DNA of 64,000 nucleotides, taken from positions 61,237 through 125,236 of the forward strand of contig JAWKOY010000018.1 of NCBI GenBank assembly GCA_041390945.1, written 5' to 3'. Of the stretch, positions 44,309 through 55,445 are shown piece by piece. A program made the position numbers and the translations under genes. Each line of letters begins with the position of its first letter. Within the stretch, counting starts at the first letter, position 1. This stretch comes from Chloroflexota bacterium. GTDB taxonomy: Bacteria; Chloroflexota; Anaerolineae; Promineifilales; Promineifilaceae. The notes beneath the pieces are model-generated. The model worked only from the letters and a program-made list of their open reading frames with translations. It searched no databases and was not told the DNA's origin.

Positions 44309-46290
44309 ATGAGTTCCCCGACCCGCCACCGGCCGATTGATGACCAGTTCGATATCGAATTTGCCAATCAATTGCTTACGAAACGTACAACAAGCATCAT
44401 TACCGGCCGAATACCTACCTGCACAAATGGTGGGGTCGCCGGGTGCGGCAGTACATTCCGACTCATCCTCAAGGGATTGGTTACCTCGCCGACTGAGGAC
44501 ACGTATTACCAGCCGGAGGGCTGGAAGGCAAGGTGATCCTTGACCCCATGATGGGCGGTAGGACCACGATCCATGAGGCGCTGCGCATGGGAGCCACAAT
44601 GGTTGGCATTGACGTCGATCCCATCCCGGTTTTACAGGCGCGTGCTTCGTTGACACAAACTGATCGTGTCCGATTGAACAAGGTTTCTTGTCGTTCTTTG
44701 ATCAGGTGCGGGATGAAGTGGCGCCGTATTTTCAAACAACCTGCCCTCATTGTGGGGATACTGTACCTGTGCGACATGTCCTTACGGTTTGCGACGACGA
44801 TGTGCCTGCCGTGAGGTACTCGGTCGTGGATTCACTGGTCATTCGCCGCGAAACGGATGGAACCATCCTGCAATTGTGTCCTAATTGTGGCGCTGTGTTC
44901 AGTAACGGCGATCATGAATGCCTGCAGCACAGCGAAAGTCGGCCGTTGGTGGAGCGACGTACCCGGACCTGTGACCAGTGTGGCGAGCGATTCCGGGAGA
45001 TTACGGATGAGCCATAATTATCGGCGCTTACGTGATGCTGGCTGTGGCCGGGCATTGTCCGGAGCATGGGATGTTCTATAAATCACCGGATGATGAAGAC
45101 CGGTTGAAATGGCAAGCGGCCGAGAAGCAGCGGCCTGGCTTTACCGATCAGCGTCACTGCTTTGATGTGCATCCCGGACAGAAGTCAGTGCAATTGCCGC
45201 GACGGGGAGTAAACAACTATCTTGATATCTATTCCAGCCGTCAGCTTCTCTCTGCAATCGGTTATCAACCATTTACCTACGGATGATCCGGACGCTTCGT
45301 CTCGATCTGGCGTTGCTGGTATCCATGTCTCTGGAATTTAATTCGATGCTGGCCGGGTATAAGGAGCGAAACGCGCCGGGCGGGGCAGTAAGGCACACCT
45401 TTTCCCACCAATGCCTACGTGCATTCCCTATACTGCTTTGGAAAATAACCCTGTTTCCCGACGGTCGTCGTAAGCACATTGCTCAAGTTGTTTTACGGTC
45501 GGATTGCGCGGCCGCGAATGGGCAGAACTTCCGCGTGAGCGTCTGGTCCACAAGAACAATGGAGAATCTCGACATACGTGGTGAGGAGGATTTCTGGATA
45601 GGAGGTGCAAAGCGCCGGGGGATAAGTACACGGGGGAGTCGGTTCCTTCTCCGGACAGGGGTTTCGGCCGCTTTACTACCTCTACCGGATGCTTCTGTGG
45701 ATGCCGTGGTCACTGATCCGCCCATTACAACAGTATCCAGTACGACGATCTGGCTGCCTATTTCCGGGTCTGGCTCCAGCAGATGATCCCAGACGCGGCC
45801 GACTGGTCCACAGTGGAGTCCGGCTCGGTGGTGTAGATACCAGTGGGGATGAAGATTTCGTCGTATTTACGCCGGACAGATGCAGGCAATCTGAGCGAGG
45901 TACGGCGGACCTTGCGACCTGATGACGGCCGTCTCATCTTCACCTTCCACCACCGGCAGCCGGAGGCGTGGGCGGCGTTGACCACCGCTTTACTTGCTGC
46001 CCCGGTTCCGTCTGGTCAATCGTTATGTGGTTCATGCCGAGCACCCAATCTCGGCATATCGCCAATATGAAGGCGCTAACCCATGATGTGATTCTGTTCT
46101 GGCGGTGGCGGATGGTGTCTCCTCCGAACATTGGCCGGCGATCCCGTCAATTCACTACGATGACAGCCGGAGCTTTATGAAGCCTGTGGAGGATTTCTGG
46201 GAGCATTTGCTGGAAAGAGAAACGCTCAGCTTTGAGCAAAGCCTGGCTTTGTGGCGTGAAGCTCTGGCGAATGACCACGCGGCCGTCTAG
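44309..46290 (+). CDS. DUF1156-like amino-DNA methyltransferase with Zn ribbons (heavily frameshifted)
   Basis: RPNTYLHKWWGRR, LDPMMGG.TTIHEALRMG, CPHC/CPNC/CDQC/CPEH, DAVVTDPP, GRLIFTFHH. Confidence 0.75.
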
Positions 46291-47092
46291 AACAGTCCAA
46301 GCCCAAGGTCAATTGCCGGGCCAGCGTCGGTAGTGCTTTATCCCCGCGTATGCAGATCAGTAGCCCTTCATCGCCGTTCGATGCACATCGAACCCGCATT
46401 TGGTGAGCAGCTTTTCCCAGTAGGAGGCCGGAAGCGCATCATAGGCTCTGGGAGCCATAGCAGGAGGCTGGACTGCGTTCGTATTGGTTCGGCAAGCAAG
46501 ACGCATCCATCGGGTACCAGCACACGATGGATTTCCCTGTAGTGTAACCGTTCTCTCTCCGAATCTTCCCAAAATTCTGACAACACTCTGTCCAGATACA
46601 CACACTTGACGCTACGATCAGCGAGAGGAGCAGCCGTGTATTCCTGTCATCCAGGCAACCGGGGGTCACTGGCGATGTTCGGCGTTCAGGCGAGCGCGAC
46701 GAAGAGGCGCACTGTATTGAGTTCCGCGTTGTAGATATCTATGGCCTTCGAACTGTCCCGGTGGTCAGGTGACGCGCCAGCCAAGATGCTTGTTTCCCGG
46801 CTGCCCAATTCGATGTTGGCAATATCATCTTCTGCTCTGGCTTGCTGATTTGATAGAGGATTTCCAGAGGTTGGTGTACATCATAGGCCAGATGGGCTGC
46901 CCAGACGGTGCTGACGAGGAAGAAAGTGGCGGACGATAAAGGCGGCTAGTGACAACGGCACCAGGGCATACCAGCCCGTTACCAGCCGGCTCCTAAGCCA
47001 AGTAGCGCCAGAATATCTATGCCATACAAACCGGCATATGTCGGCCAACGATTACGGATGTAGGTACGTGTTCCTTTGAAACTGCGAGACAT
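46287..47092 (-). CDS. membrane-anchored class I SAM methyltransferase-like protein (heavily frameshifted)
   Basis: N-terminal TM fragments; IDIYN, VLSEFW, REIHRVLVPDGCVLLAE. Confidence 0.55.
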
Positions 47093-47179
47093 GGGCTACA
47101 CTCTTACAACGGCAATTGTAATGCAAGCGACCATATATCACCCACTTGGCCTGCACCAAAACATAAAGTAGAAACCTGT

Positions 47180-47780
47180 ATGAGCAACGAACAAGAACGA
47201 CTGGAACGATTTAGAGAGCGGTATTTAGAGAATCGCGTGCCCTGGGCTGATGTTGAACCACCGCCGGAGGTTAAGGAACTGGTAGGCGAACTGACACCGG
47301 GCCGAGCACTGACCTGGGCTGCGGTACGGTCGGGCGGTCATTTATCTGGCTTTGCATGGCTGGATGGCCGATGGTGTGGATTTTGTACCTGAAGCAATAT
47401 CCGTTGCCAGGGATCGTGCAGCCGAAGCGGGGGTTTCCGATGAAACCTGTCGTGGCGGTGTCTTCGGTCTCCGAACTGGATTTTCTTTCTCCACCATATG
47501 ATCTGGCGATTGATGTTAGCTGCACGCATTCCTTTGATGAAGCGTCCCTGCTAAGACGACGGCTTGCTCAGACTCTTGCCCAGTGGCAGCCAATATATCT
47601 TGTTTGCCTACCTGCGGACGACGGAGAGAAACGACGGGGAAGGGCCAAGCAGTATTTCTCGAGGAAACACTGCGCGCCTTATTTGCGGATGGTTTTGAAT
47701 TGGAGCGCTGAGGCCGCGGAATTACTCAGGCGGAGGACAGGCCGCCCTGGGAATCGGCCTGGTTCTGGTATCGGCGTTAG
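47180..47780 (+). CDS. TPMT/TehB-like class I SAM methyltransferase (frameshifted)
   Basis: RY...PW...PPPEV, GRAL(D)LGCGT, GVDFVPEAI, YDLAIDVSCTH. Confidence 0.75.
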
Positions 47781-48919
47781 AGCAACGGCATACGCGGCGC
47801 GGAAACTAGCGTCTCAAATTCGCGATCATACCAGGGCCATGATCGCACAGCCGGAATGAGCCACGGCGGCCGCCAGTTCGGCTGCTACGGCTTGCGCTTC
47901 GTTCGATGTGTTATTGCCCACCTCAGTCGCGGCAGCAATTCCTTGCCTTTTACCAGACACCTATCATGAAATTGCTCCGGATAATCGATAGTCAATTTAC
48001 GGGGTAGGATCGGGAATGTTCGGCAGTGGATGGCTTCGAGAATACTGATCCCGAAGTATTCGTGCTTTGCCGTTGAGAAGGTGGCCGTTGCCGACCATAG
48101 CAGTTGACGATACAGAGAGTCATTCGCATAGCCATTGTGAATGACTCGATCCCCCAAACCAACAATGCCCTCATCAACCTCCACTGTTCCCAGCCCGAAT
48201 CGTTCACCACAAAAGGCCGCTTCAAAATCAAGTCCTTCTACTGCCAGTTGGTTAAGTGTGGCAACGAAACGGTCCGGATTCTTGTCATACTCCCAGCGTT
48301 GATTCCAGAGCACAAGCGGCGGCCGATCCTGTGATCGGGGAAGGGGCGGGTCCAGGCGGGCGAAATTTATCCCTACAGCCAGAACCGAACTCTTTCTCTG
48401 GATAGCCTCAATTACCTGTTCTTCGTTGTATTCGGGATAGTGGCGCAAAAACGACGGGATCGCATTGAGCATGGTTTGGCGGTGGTAGTCCGAATTGAAG
48501 TAAATTCGATCGGCAGCCAGCATGGATGTGAGGTTGATCATCACATAGTGTCGGTCGCGCGCGCCATGTATTCGCCGCATGGGGCCGGTGGTCGGATCAT
48601 CGGGCAAAGGGTAGGTGAGCTGGTTTTCATGCATGTACAGGGCCGCAGGTAGTTGGGCTGTGTAGGGGCGGGTGAGGGCCAGGAACTTGGCGAGGTCCAG
48701 CATATCCGTCGCCACGATCATATCCGGGGCGGTATGTGGGTCGGCCAGAATCGGCAATGCCATCCGGGCCAGTGTGATCGCGCCACCCTCCATTCGCCAT
48801 TTCCAGAAGCGGGCCGGCAGCGACAGGATTTGAACCTCATGTGTGCTGTTCCCGGCATAGCCTTCAGCCCAGGCCTGGTGGCTGCCACCGTGGTAAGGGG
48901 ATATCAGAAGAATTCGCAT
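47777..48919 (-). CDS. DUF3524/GTDC1-family GT-B glycosyltransferase
   Basis: PYHGGSH, LPARFWKWRM, HENQLTYP, FNSDYH, WNQRWEYDKNP, HEYFGISILEA. Confidence 0.88.
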
Positions 48920-49052
48920 ACCATTGGATACGGCCGAATTGGGCGAACAGATATGCTATAATTCGACCGTATTCACACCATTGATTATACTCTGGTTCAT
49001 TATTGTTTATACTGAGGTTCATTCTGTTTGTCAGGGCGTAGCTAAGGATTAC

Positions 49053-49271
49053 ATGGATAGTCCACGCGAATTGTATTGGGATTCAACCTATGCCATCGTT
49101 GTTTCGTTGATGGAAAATTACCCAACCCTGACGCTGGAAACCATAGGGCAAAATCAGTTGGCAAGCATGGTTGTTGCGCTCCCCGGTTTTCAGGATGACC
49201 CGGATTTAGTCACTGAGCAGTTTCTGCTTGATATTCTAACTGTATGGTATGAGGAGGCGACACCGCTATGA
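49053..49271 (+). CDS. iscX: Fe-S cluster assembly protein IscX
   Basis: LYWDSTYAI...L...YP...LPGFQDDP...[11 protein letters not shown] resembles IscX/YfhJ; AAGGA SD; ATGA overlap with nuoB. Confidence 0.8.
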   Translation: MDSPRELYWDSTYAIVVSLMENYPTLTLETIGQNQLASMVVALPGFQDDPDLVTEQFLLDILTVWYEEATPL

Positions 49272-49983
49272 CTGTAGCTGACACGGGCGCCACCGGTGAC
49301 GTTGTAGTCCCGGATGAAGTGGCGAACAACGTGTTTATCACCAATATCGCCAAGTTGTTGGATCCTGTCTATAACTGGTCGCGCAAGAACTCGGTCTGGC
49401 CGATGGCTTTCGGTCTGGCTTGTTGCGCGATCGAGATGATCTGCACTGCCAGTAGCCGGTATGATCTTGCCCGATTCGGGATGGAGGTCTTCCGGGCTAC
49501 GCCGCGCCAATCCGATCTGATGGTTGTTTCGGGAACCGTTACCAAGAAGATGATCCCGACCATTATCCGGCTATACAACCAGATGCCGGAACCTCGGTAT
49601 GTGTTGAGCATGGGCGCGTGCGCATCCGGCGGTGGCCCTTTCAAGGAGGGTTACAACGTTGTTGACGGCGTGGATAAATTCCTGCCGGTTGATGTTATGT
49701 GCCGGGCTGCCCGCCAACTCCCCAGGCGCTTATCAACGGTTTGATCGCCTTGCAGGAAAAGATTTCCCAGCAGTCTCTGGCAACGGTGCCGTATTACCGC
49801 AAAGATGATCCTACCGCCGGTCTCTACCCGGTGCCGCTGCTTGGCCCGGACCTTGTGGACGTAAGACAGCTTGACGTTATTCGGCGCGAAGCGGTCAAGA
49901 CGGCCGAGGCGGCCGAAGCGGAGCAGGTTGAAGTTGCTGAGGCTGTCGCCGAGGTGCCCGTAGGAGAGAATGGCGATGAGTGA
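49268..49983 (+). CDS. nuoB: NADH-quinone oxidoreductase subunit B (frameshift near 49698)
   Basis: [38 protein letters not shown]. Confidence 0.95.
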
Positions 49984-51792
49984 TGTTGGATTGAACCAAC
50001 AGAAGCCGGTGGCGAAGAACTGCTGTGTTGACCCCGGCTGAGGAAGCTGCGGCCGAACTTAAAAACGCTTTCCGATTTTGTCCAGGATGATGATCGTGAA
50101 GGGTACGAAGGTCTGATTGTTGAGGCCGATCAGATTGTAGATGTCCTGACTGCCTTACGGGATGATATTGGCTTCAACTATCTCTCCAGCGTAACCGGTG
50201 TTGACCTTATAGACGATAACAAGCTGGAGACAGTTTACCATGCCTACAGTATTGCCAAAGGTGGCAGTGCCCTGGTTCTGAAAGCCCAGGTAGACCGCGA
50301 TAATCCAATCATGCCCTCGGCAGTTTCCGTCTACCCCGGTGCGGAGTTCCAGGAGCGCGAGATCTATGACCTCTACGGTATTCATTACCAGGGACACCCG
50401 GATCTTCGCCGCATTTTGACCTGGGATGGGTTTGCGGGCCACCCGATGCGCAAAGATTGGAAAGAAGCTTTCTACGAAGATGAAGCCAAGCCGTTTGGCA
50501 GCCGCTGGCCGGCTGGAGAAGTATTCCGGGCGGAAGAGCAGAACCCCTACGGTAAGAATGTGCAATACCCGGCAGGCTGGGTGCCGACCGGGGATGAGTA
50601 TGATGTAGAAACCGATGTCTATCTCGGTTTGTCATATACGCGTGAGAAAGGCGCCGATCTGAAGACTGATCTGGTGACGGTCAATATGGGACCTCAACAC
50701 CCGTCTACTCATGGTGTTTTTCGTATGGTCGCCACGCTTGATGGAGAAACCATTACCGACTTGAAACCGGTCATGGGGTATTTGCACCGTAACCATGAGA
50801 AGATCGGCGAGCGCAATACGTTCAACATGAACATGCCCTATACGGATCGGCTGGATTATCTGTCCTCCATGTCGAACAATCTGGGCTACGCCATCACCAT
50901 TGAGAAGCTGTTCGGAATGACCGTTACTGAACGGGCCGAGTGGATTCGCATTCTCATGGCCGAGCTGACCCGTATTTGCAATCACCTTTGGGCGATTGGG
51001 TTCCTGCTCAATGATTTGGGGGCATTCCAGACCCCAATGCTCTATTACTATATTGAGCGCGAGTTGATTCTTGACTTCTTCGAGGCGGCTGCCGGTTCGC
51101 GGATGATGTGCAATTACATGCGCTTCGGTGGTGTGGCCTACGATCTGCCTGACGATGTGCGCGACCAGCCGACAATGGCCTTCCTGGAGGAACTCATTTA
51201 CGAGCGTCTGCCGCGTGCCCTGGATCAGGGTGACGATCTGATGACCGGTAATGAGATTGTGAAGGGGCGTGGTATTGGGGTTGGCTATCTTTCAGCGGAA
51301 GATGCGATTGCTTATAGCACCGCCGGTCCCGTCCTGCGGGCCAGTGGCGTGCCGTACGATATTCGCCGCGCGGAACCCTATTCGTACTACGAGCACCTGG
51401 ATTTTGATATCGCTGTCCGGTATAACGGCGACATCTACGACCGCTTTATGATACGCATGGACGAAATGCGCCAGAGCTTGCGGATTCTGGAGCAGGTTTT
51501 GCCGCATCTCAAGCGAACCGAGGGTGGCCCGATCATTAGTGAAAAACCACAATACGCCCTGCGCGCGCCACGTGGTGGCGAGTCATACGGACGTGTGGAA
51601 AACCCGAAGGGTGAACTTGGTTACTACGTTACAGCCAAGCGCCGTGACGGCAACCCCCAGCGTTATCATGTTCGCTCCCCATCTTTTATCAACCTGACTG
51701 CTTTGGGACCAATGAGTCGCGGGTACAAGGTTGCCGATGTGGTCGCTGTGCTGGGTAGTATTGATATTGTCCTTGGCGAGGTTGATCGCTAA
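49976..51792 (+). CDS. nuoCD: fused NADH-quinone oxidoreductase subunit C/D (frameshifts in first ~100 bp)
   Basis: Nuo[20 protein letters not shown]...HPMRKD in frame with Nuo[39 protein letters not shown]. Confidence 0.93.
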
Positions 51793-51819
51793 CCAACGTC
51801 TAGACGATTTGGAGTTTGC

Positions 51820-52506
51820 ATGTACGGAACAGGAATCATCAAGGGATTGGCGACAACCATGCGCCACTTCGTTGAAAGCTATGTAGATGATCTGCGTTGG
51901 CTGGGTAAAGGCGGCCGTTATTACAATGATGAGGCGCTGAAGGTACGCCAGAGTCTGAAGGGCGAAGGCGTTATCACTGTTTTTTACCCGGAAGAAAAAC
52001 TTCCGGTCCCGGAACGGTTCCGGTTTGTACCGTTTCTCGTAACGGATGAACCGGCGCCGGGTCAGCGATGGGGTCACGATTGGTGCACTTCTTGTGGTAT
52101 CTGCGCCAAGGTTTGCCCGCCACAGTGTATCTGGATTGAGCGTGGGAAACAGCCCAACGGCCGTCCCAAGCCGGAGCCGGTGAATTTCTACATCGATATT
52201 GAGATTTGTATGAACTGCGGTTACTGCGCCGAGTTTTGTCCGTTTGATGCTATCAAAATGGATCACGACTACGAGCTAGCCAGCTACGATCGCTCAACGG
52301 CTCATATCCACGACAAGGCCCGCCTGAGCAAGCCGATTAGCTACTGGCGCGAAATTGCCCCGAAGAAGGCTGCTGCTGAGGCCGCCGCACGGGAATTTGT
52401 TGAAAGCAACAAGGGAAAGAAACGCGATAAGGACGCCGAGGATCGGGAAGAACGGATTGCCGAGGCTATGGCCCGGCAGTTGGTTTATCGCGGTGCATTG
52501 TATTAA
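51820..52506 (+). CDS. nuoI: NADH-quinone oxidoreductase subunit I
   Basis: YPEE...ERFR, CTSCGICAKVCP, CMNCGYCAEFCP. Confidence 0.92.
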   Translation: MYGTGIIKGLATTMRHFVESYVDDLRWLGKGGRYYNDEALKVRQSLKGEGVITVFYPEEKLPVPERFRFVPFLVTDEPAPGQRWGHDWCTSCGICAKVCPPQCIWIERGKQPNGRPKPEPVNFYIDIEICMNCGYCAEFCPFDAIKMDHDYELASYDRSTAHIHDKARLSKPISYWREIAPKKAAAEAAAREFVESNKGKKRDKDAEDREERIAEAMARQLVYRGALY

Positions 52507-52596
52507 TATCCAGCACACTCAGTGCCCTACCCCGGTGCTGGGGCTGATTACAATGCCTGGGTCGGGAGCGTTCCATTACCTATAGATACAAGATGT

Positions 52597-52628
52597 CGAA
52601 ATCGCTCCATACGGGGCGATTTCGTTTT
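52597..52628 (+). terminator. terminator-like hairpin between nuoI and mrp
   Basis: CGAAATCGCTCC-ATAC-GGGGCGATTTCG-TTTT. Confidence 0.7.
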
Positions 52629-52654
52629 ACTCAACTTAATCTGGAGAAAAACAG

Positions 52655-53728
52655 ATGACTGATAACAAGCAGCTTAATACCCTGGACGAAGCGGCCGTGA
52701 TGGCTGCTCTTTCCACAGTGATAGAGCCGGAGCTTCATCGAGATCTGGTCTCGCTTAACATGATTCGGGATTTGAAGGTCAGTGGAAATGATGTCAACTT
52801 TACGATTATGTTGACGACACCAGCCTGCCCATTGCGAAACAAGATGGAAGGTGATGCGCGTGCCGCCTTATCACAGGTGCCCGGCGTCGGAAACGTTGAA
52901 ATCAAGTGGGATTCCAATGTGCCATCGGATAGCCGGATTGGAACCCAGATCGGCCAGCAGTTCCGCAATACAATTGCCGTCTCCAGTGGTAAAGGGGGGG
53001 TGGGCAAGACAACTATCTCGGTCAATCTGGCGATCTCGCTTGCCAAGGAAGGAGCCAGAGTCGGTCTGCTGGATGCGGATATCCTGGGACCGAACGTGCC
53101 CATGATGATGGGCGTTGACCAAATGCCACCGGTACGCGACCACAAGATGGTTCCGGCCGAAAATTACGGGGTCAAGTTTATCTCAATGGCCTTCCTGGTG
53201 AAGCCGGATCAACCGTTGATCTGGCGCGGCCCCATGCTTCACAGCGCCATCCAGCAATTGCTCACCGATGTAGATTGGGGCGAACTGGATTACCTCATTG
53301 TAGATCTGCCGCCGGGAACGGGTGACGCTCAATTGACCCTGGCCCAGGTGCTTCCGCTCAGCGGGGCATTGGTCATCACGCAGCCGATGCAGGTTGCTGC
53401 TTCTGATGCCATTCGTGGGCTTAAGACCTTCGAGAAACTTGATGTGCCCATCATCGGCGTAATTGAAAACATGAGTGGCGAGTTCTTCGGTACCGGTGCA
53501 GGCGAACAGCTTGCCCGGCAGTACGAAACCGTCTACCTGGGTTCGGTTCCGATGGAGGCGAATGTGCGGGTTGGCGGCGATGCCGGTCAACCGATTGTGG
53601 TTGCGCACCCGGACTCAGAAGCAGCCCAGGCGCTGCGGGCAATTGCGCGTGATGTGGCTGCGCGTGTAAGCGTTATTACGTTGCAAAACCAGTCAGATAA
53701 CTTCATCCCGATTACGATGGTTGGCTAA
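52655..53728 (+). CDS. mrp: Mrp/ApbC/NBP35 Fe-S carrier ATPase with N-terminal DUF59
   Basis: LTTPACP, SGKGGVGKT, DADILGP, WRGPM, DLPPGTGD, ENMS. Confidence 0.95.
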   Translation: MTDNKQLNTLDEAAVMAALSTVIEPELHRDLVSLNMIRDLKVSGNDVNFTIMLTTPACPLRNKMEGDARAALSQVPGVGNVEIKWDSNVPSDSRIGTQIGQQFRNTIAVSSGKGGVGKTTISVNLAISLAKEGARVGLLDADILGPNVPMMMGVDQMPPVRDHKMVPAENYGVKFISMAFLVKPDQPLIWRGPMLHSAIQQLLTDVDWGELDYLIVDLPPGTGDAQLTLAQVLPLSGALVITQPMQVAASDAIRGLKTFEKLDVPIIGVIENMSGEFFGTGAGEQLARQYETVYLGSVPMEANVRVGGDAGQPIVVAHPDSEAAQALRAIARDVAARVSVITLQNQSDNFIPITMVG

Positions 53729-53875
53729 CAGCAAGCTGCAAATCAACCTGAGTTTGTTAGAGGAAGCGAGCGCGTTCTCCTTTCCATGAACGCTGCTCTG
53801 GTAACTGCCGCCTTTTTTCGTTATAACTATGAGCGAAATCACGACAATCTTGCCTTCTTCCAAGGATACAACAAT

Positions 53876-54808
53876 ATGCCTACTGTGATGGCGCCTGGCG
53901 AAACTTCGGAGTTTATCGGGGTTCGCTTTCAAAAACTGGGAAAACTCTACCACTTTAAAGTGGGTCGGTACACGGACGTGGCTCCCGGCGATCATGTCAT
54001 TGTTGAAACGCGCCGGGGCAAACAACTCGGCCAGGTGATTGCCTATATTGACCCTAACGAAATCCATCGTCGCAAGGGGATGCGTTCCGTTAAGCGGAAA
54101 GCCACGCCAGGCGATCTGGTTATGAACCAGGAATGGGAATCAAAGGCGCTTGACGCACTCATTACCTGCCGTGAAGAAGCCAGCAAGGCAGGGATTGAAG
54201 ACGCTACCTTTGTTAAGGCGGAGTATAACTTTGACGGTAGCTGGCTAACGATTGCCTATACCTCGGACAACAAGAAGCTTGAGCTACGTCAATTGCAAGG
54301 TATGCTTGGTCGTAATCTGAGCACCCGTGTTGAGATGCAGATGATCGGCCCGCGCGATGTCGCCAAGATTATGGGCGGGTATGGTGCATGTGGCATTCCC
54401 CGCTGTTGCTCAACCTTTCTGACAGAATTCAGCCCCATCTCGATTCGCATGGCGAAGGAACAGGGGATTTCCCTCAGCCCGCAGGAGATTACCGGTATGT
54501 GCGGCCGTTTGCGGTGCTGCCTGGTTTATGAATACCAGCAATACGTGGATGCCAAGAAGGAATTGCCACGGTACGGTAAAACCATCGGCACGCCTTACGG
54601 CGAAGGTCGCGTCAAAGAAGTACGTGTCCTTCGAGAGTCAGTTGTTGTCGCAGTTGGCGAAGAAGAATACGAAGTATTTCGCGATGAGATCGTGCCCTTG
54701 GAGGAACTGGAAGCCTTGAAGAAAAAGGCTGAGGCGGGTTGCTCCAAACATGAAAATGGCGGCTGCGACTGTGGCGCTGACAAGAGCAAGGGCGCTGACA
54801 ACGGCTGA
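53876..54808 (+). CDS. ricT: PSP1-domain protein RicT/YaaT
   Basis: GVRFQKLGKLY, IGPRDVAK, GGYGACG..RCC, SIRMAKEQ, GMCGRLRCCLVYE. Confidence 0.88.
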   Translation: MPTVMAPGETSEFIGVRFQKLGKLYHFKVGRYTDVAPGDHVIVETRRGKQLGQVIAYIDPNEIHRRKGMRSVKRKATPGDLVMNQEWESKALDALITCREEASKAGIEDATFVKAEYNFDGSWLTIAYTSDNKKLELRQLQGMLGRNLSTRVEMQMIGPRDVAKIMGGYGACGIPRCCSTFLTEFSPISIRMAKEQGISLSPQEITGMCGRLRCCLVYEYQQYVDAKKELPRYGKTIGTPYGEGRVKEVRVLRESVVVAVGEEEYEVFRDEIVPLEELEALKKKAEAGCSKHENGGCDCGADKSKGADNG

Positions 54809-54815
54809 GGCAAAA

Positions 54816-55430
54816 ATGGCTGAAGAAAAGACCCGGACCGATGCCTGGGAGATTGTCACCCGCTATGTGCAGGATCGTGGCTTGCAGCGCCATATGGAGG
54901 CTGTAGGCGTGTCAATGCGCGCTTACGCCGACATGCTTGGGGAAGACCCTGGTGCATGGGAGACGATTGGTGTCCTGCATGATTTTGATTGGGAGATACA
55001 TCCCGATCTGGAGCGGCATCCCCTCAAGGGGGCTGACATTCTACGTGCTGAGGGTTGGTCTGAAGAAATCATCCATCCTATCCTGGCCCATAACACGGAA
55101 GGCACCGGTGTGGAACGCGAACAGCCCGTCGACTTTGCACTGATGGCCTGCGACGAAATCACCGGATTGATTATCGCCACGACACTCGTCCGGCCTTCCA
55201 TGGATATCAACGATGTCTCGGTAAAGTCCGTCAGGAAGAAATGGAAGAACCGGAACTTCGCTGCCGGTGTTGATCGGGATGAAGTGACTACTGTCACGGC
55301 CGAATTCAGCGACGCGTGCTTTGGCGGGCAACTGGATCTGTGGGACCATGTCGCCAACGTCCTGACGGCCATGCAAGCGGCGGCACCGGAGCTTGATCTG
55401 GACGGCCGTCTGGTTGCTTCTGCTGACTGA
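54816..55430 (+). CDS. HD-domain hydrolase
   Basis: RHMEAV, LHDFD, ILAH, ACDEITG, VRPS, FAAGVDR. Confidence 0.85.
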   Translation: MAEEKTRTDAWEIVTRYVQDRGLQRHMEAVGVSMRAYADMLGEDPGAWETIGVLHDFDWEIHPDLERHPLKGADILRAEGWSEEIIHPILAHNTEGTGVEREQPVDFALMACDEITGLIIATTLVRPSMDINDVSVKSVRKKWKNRNFAAGVDRDEVTTVTAEFSDACFGGQLDLWDHVANVLTAMQAAAPELDLDGRLVASAD

Positions 55431-55445
55431 TAGCTCCTCACCATC

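Noticed and set aside
49976-51792. nuoB/CD/I as a group 4 [NiFe]-hydrogenase
   Set aside because: The large subunit has no CxxC Ni-binding motifs and has the NuoD signatures HPSTHG, RLDY and GEVDR. NuoB has the tandem CC.
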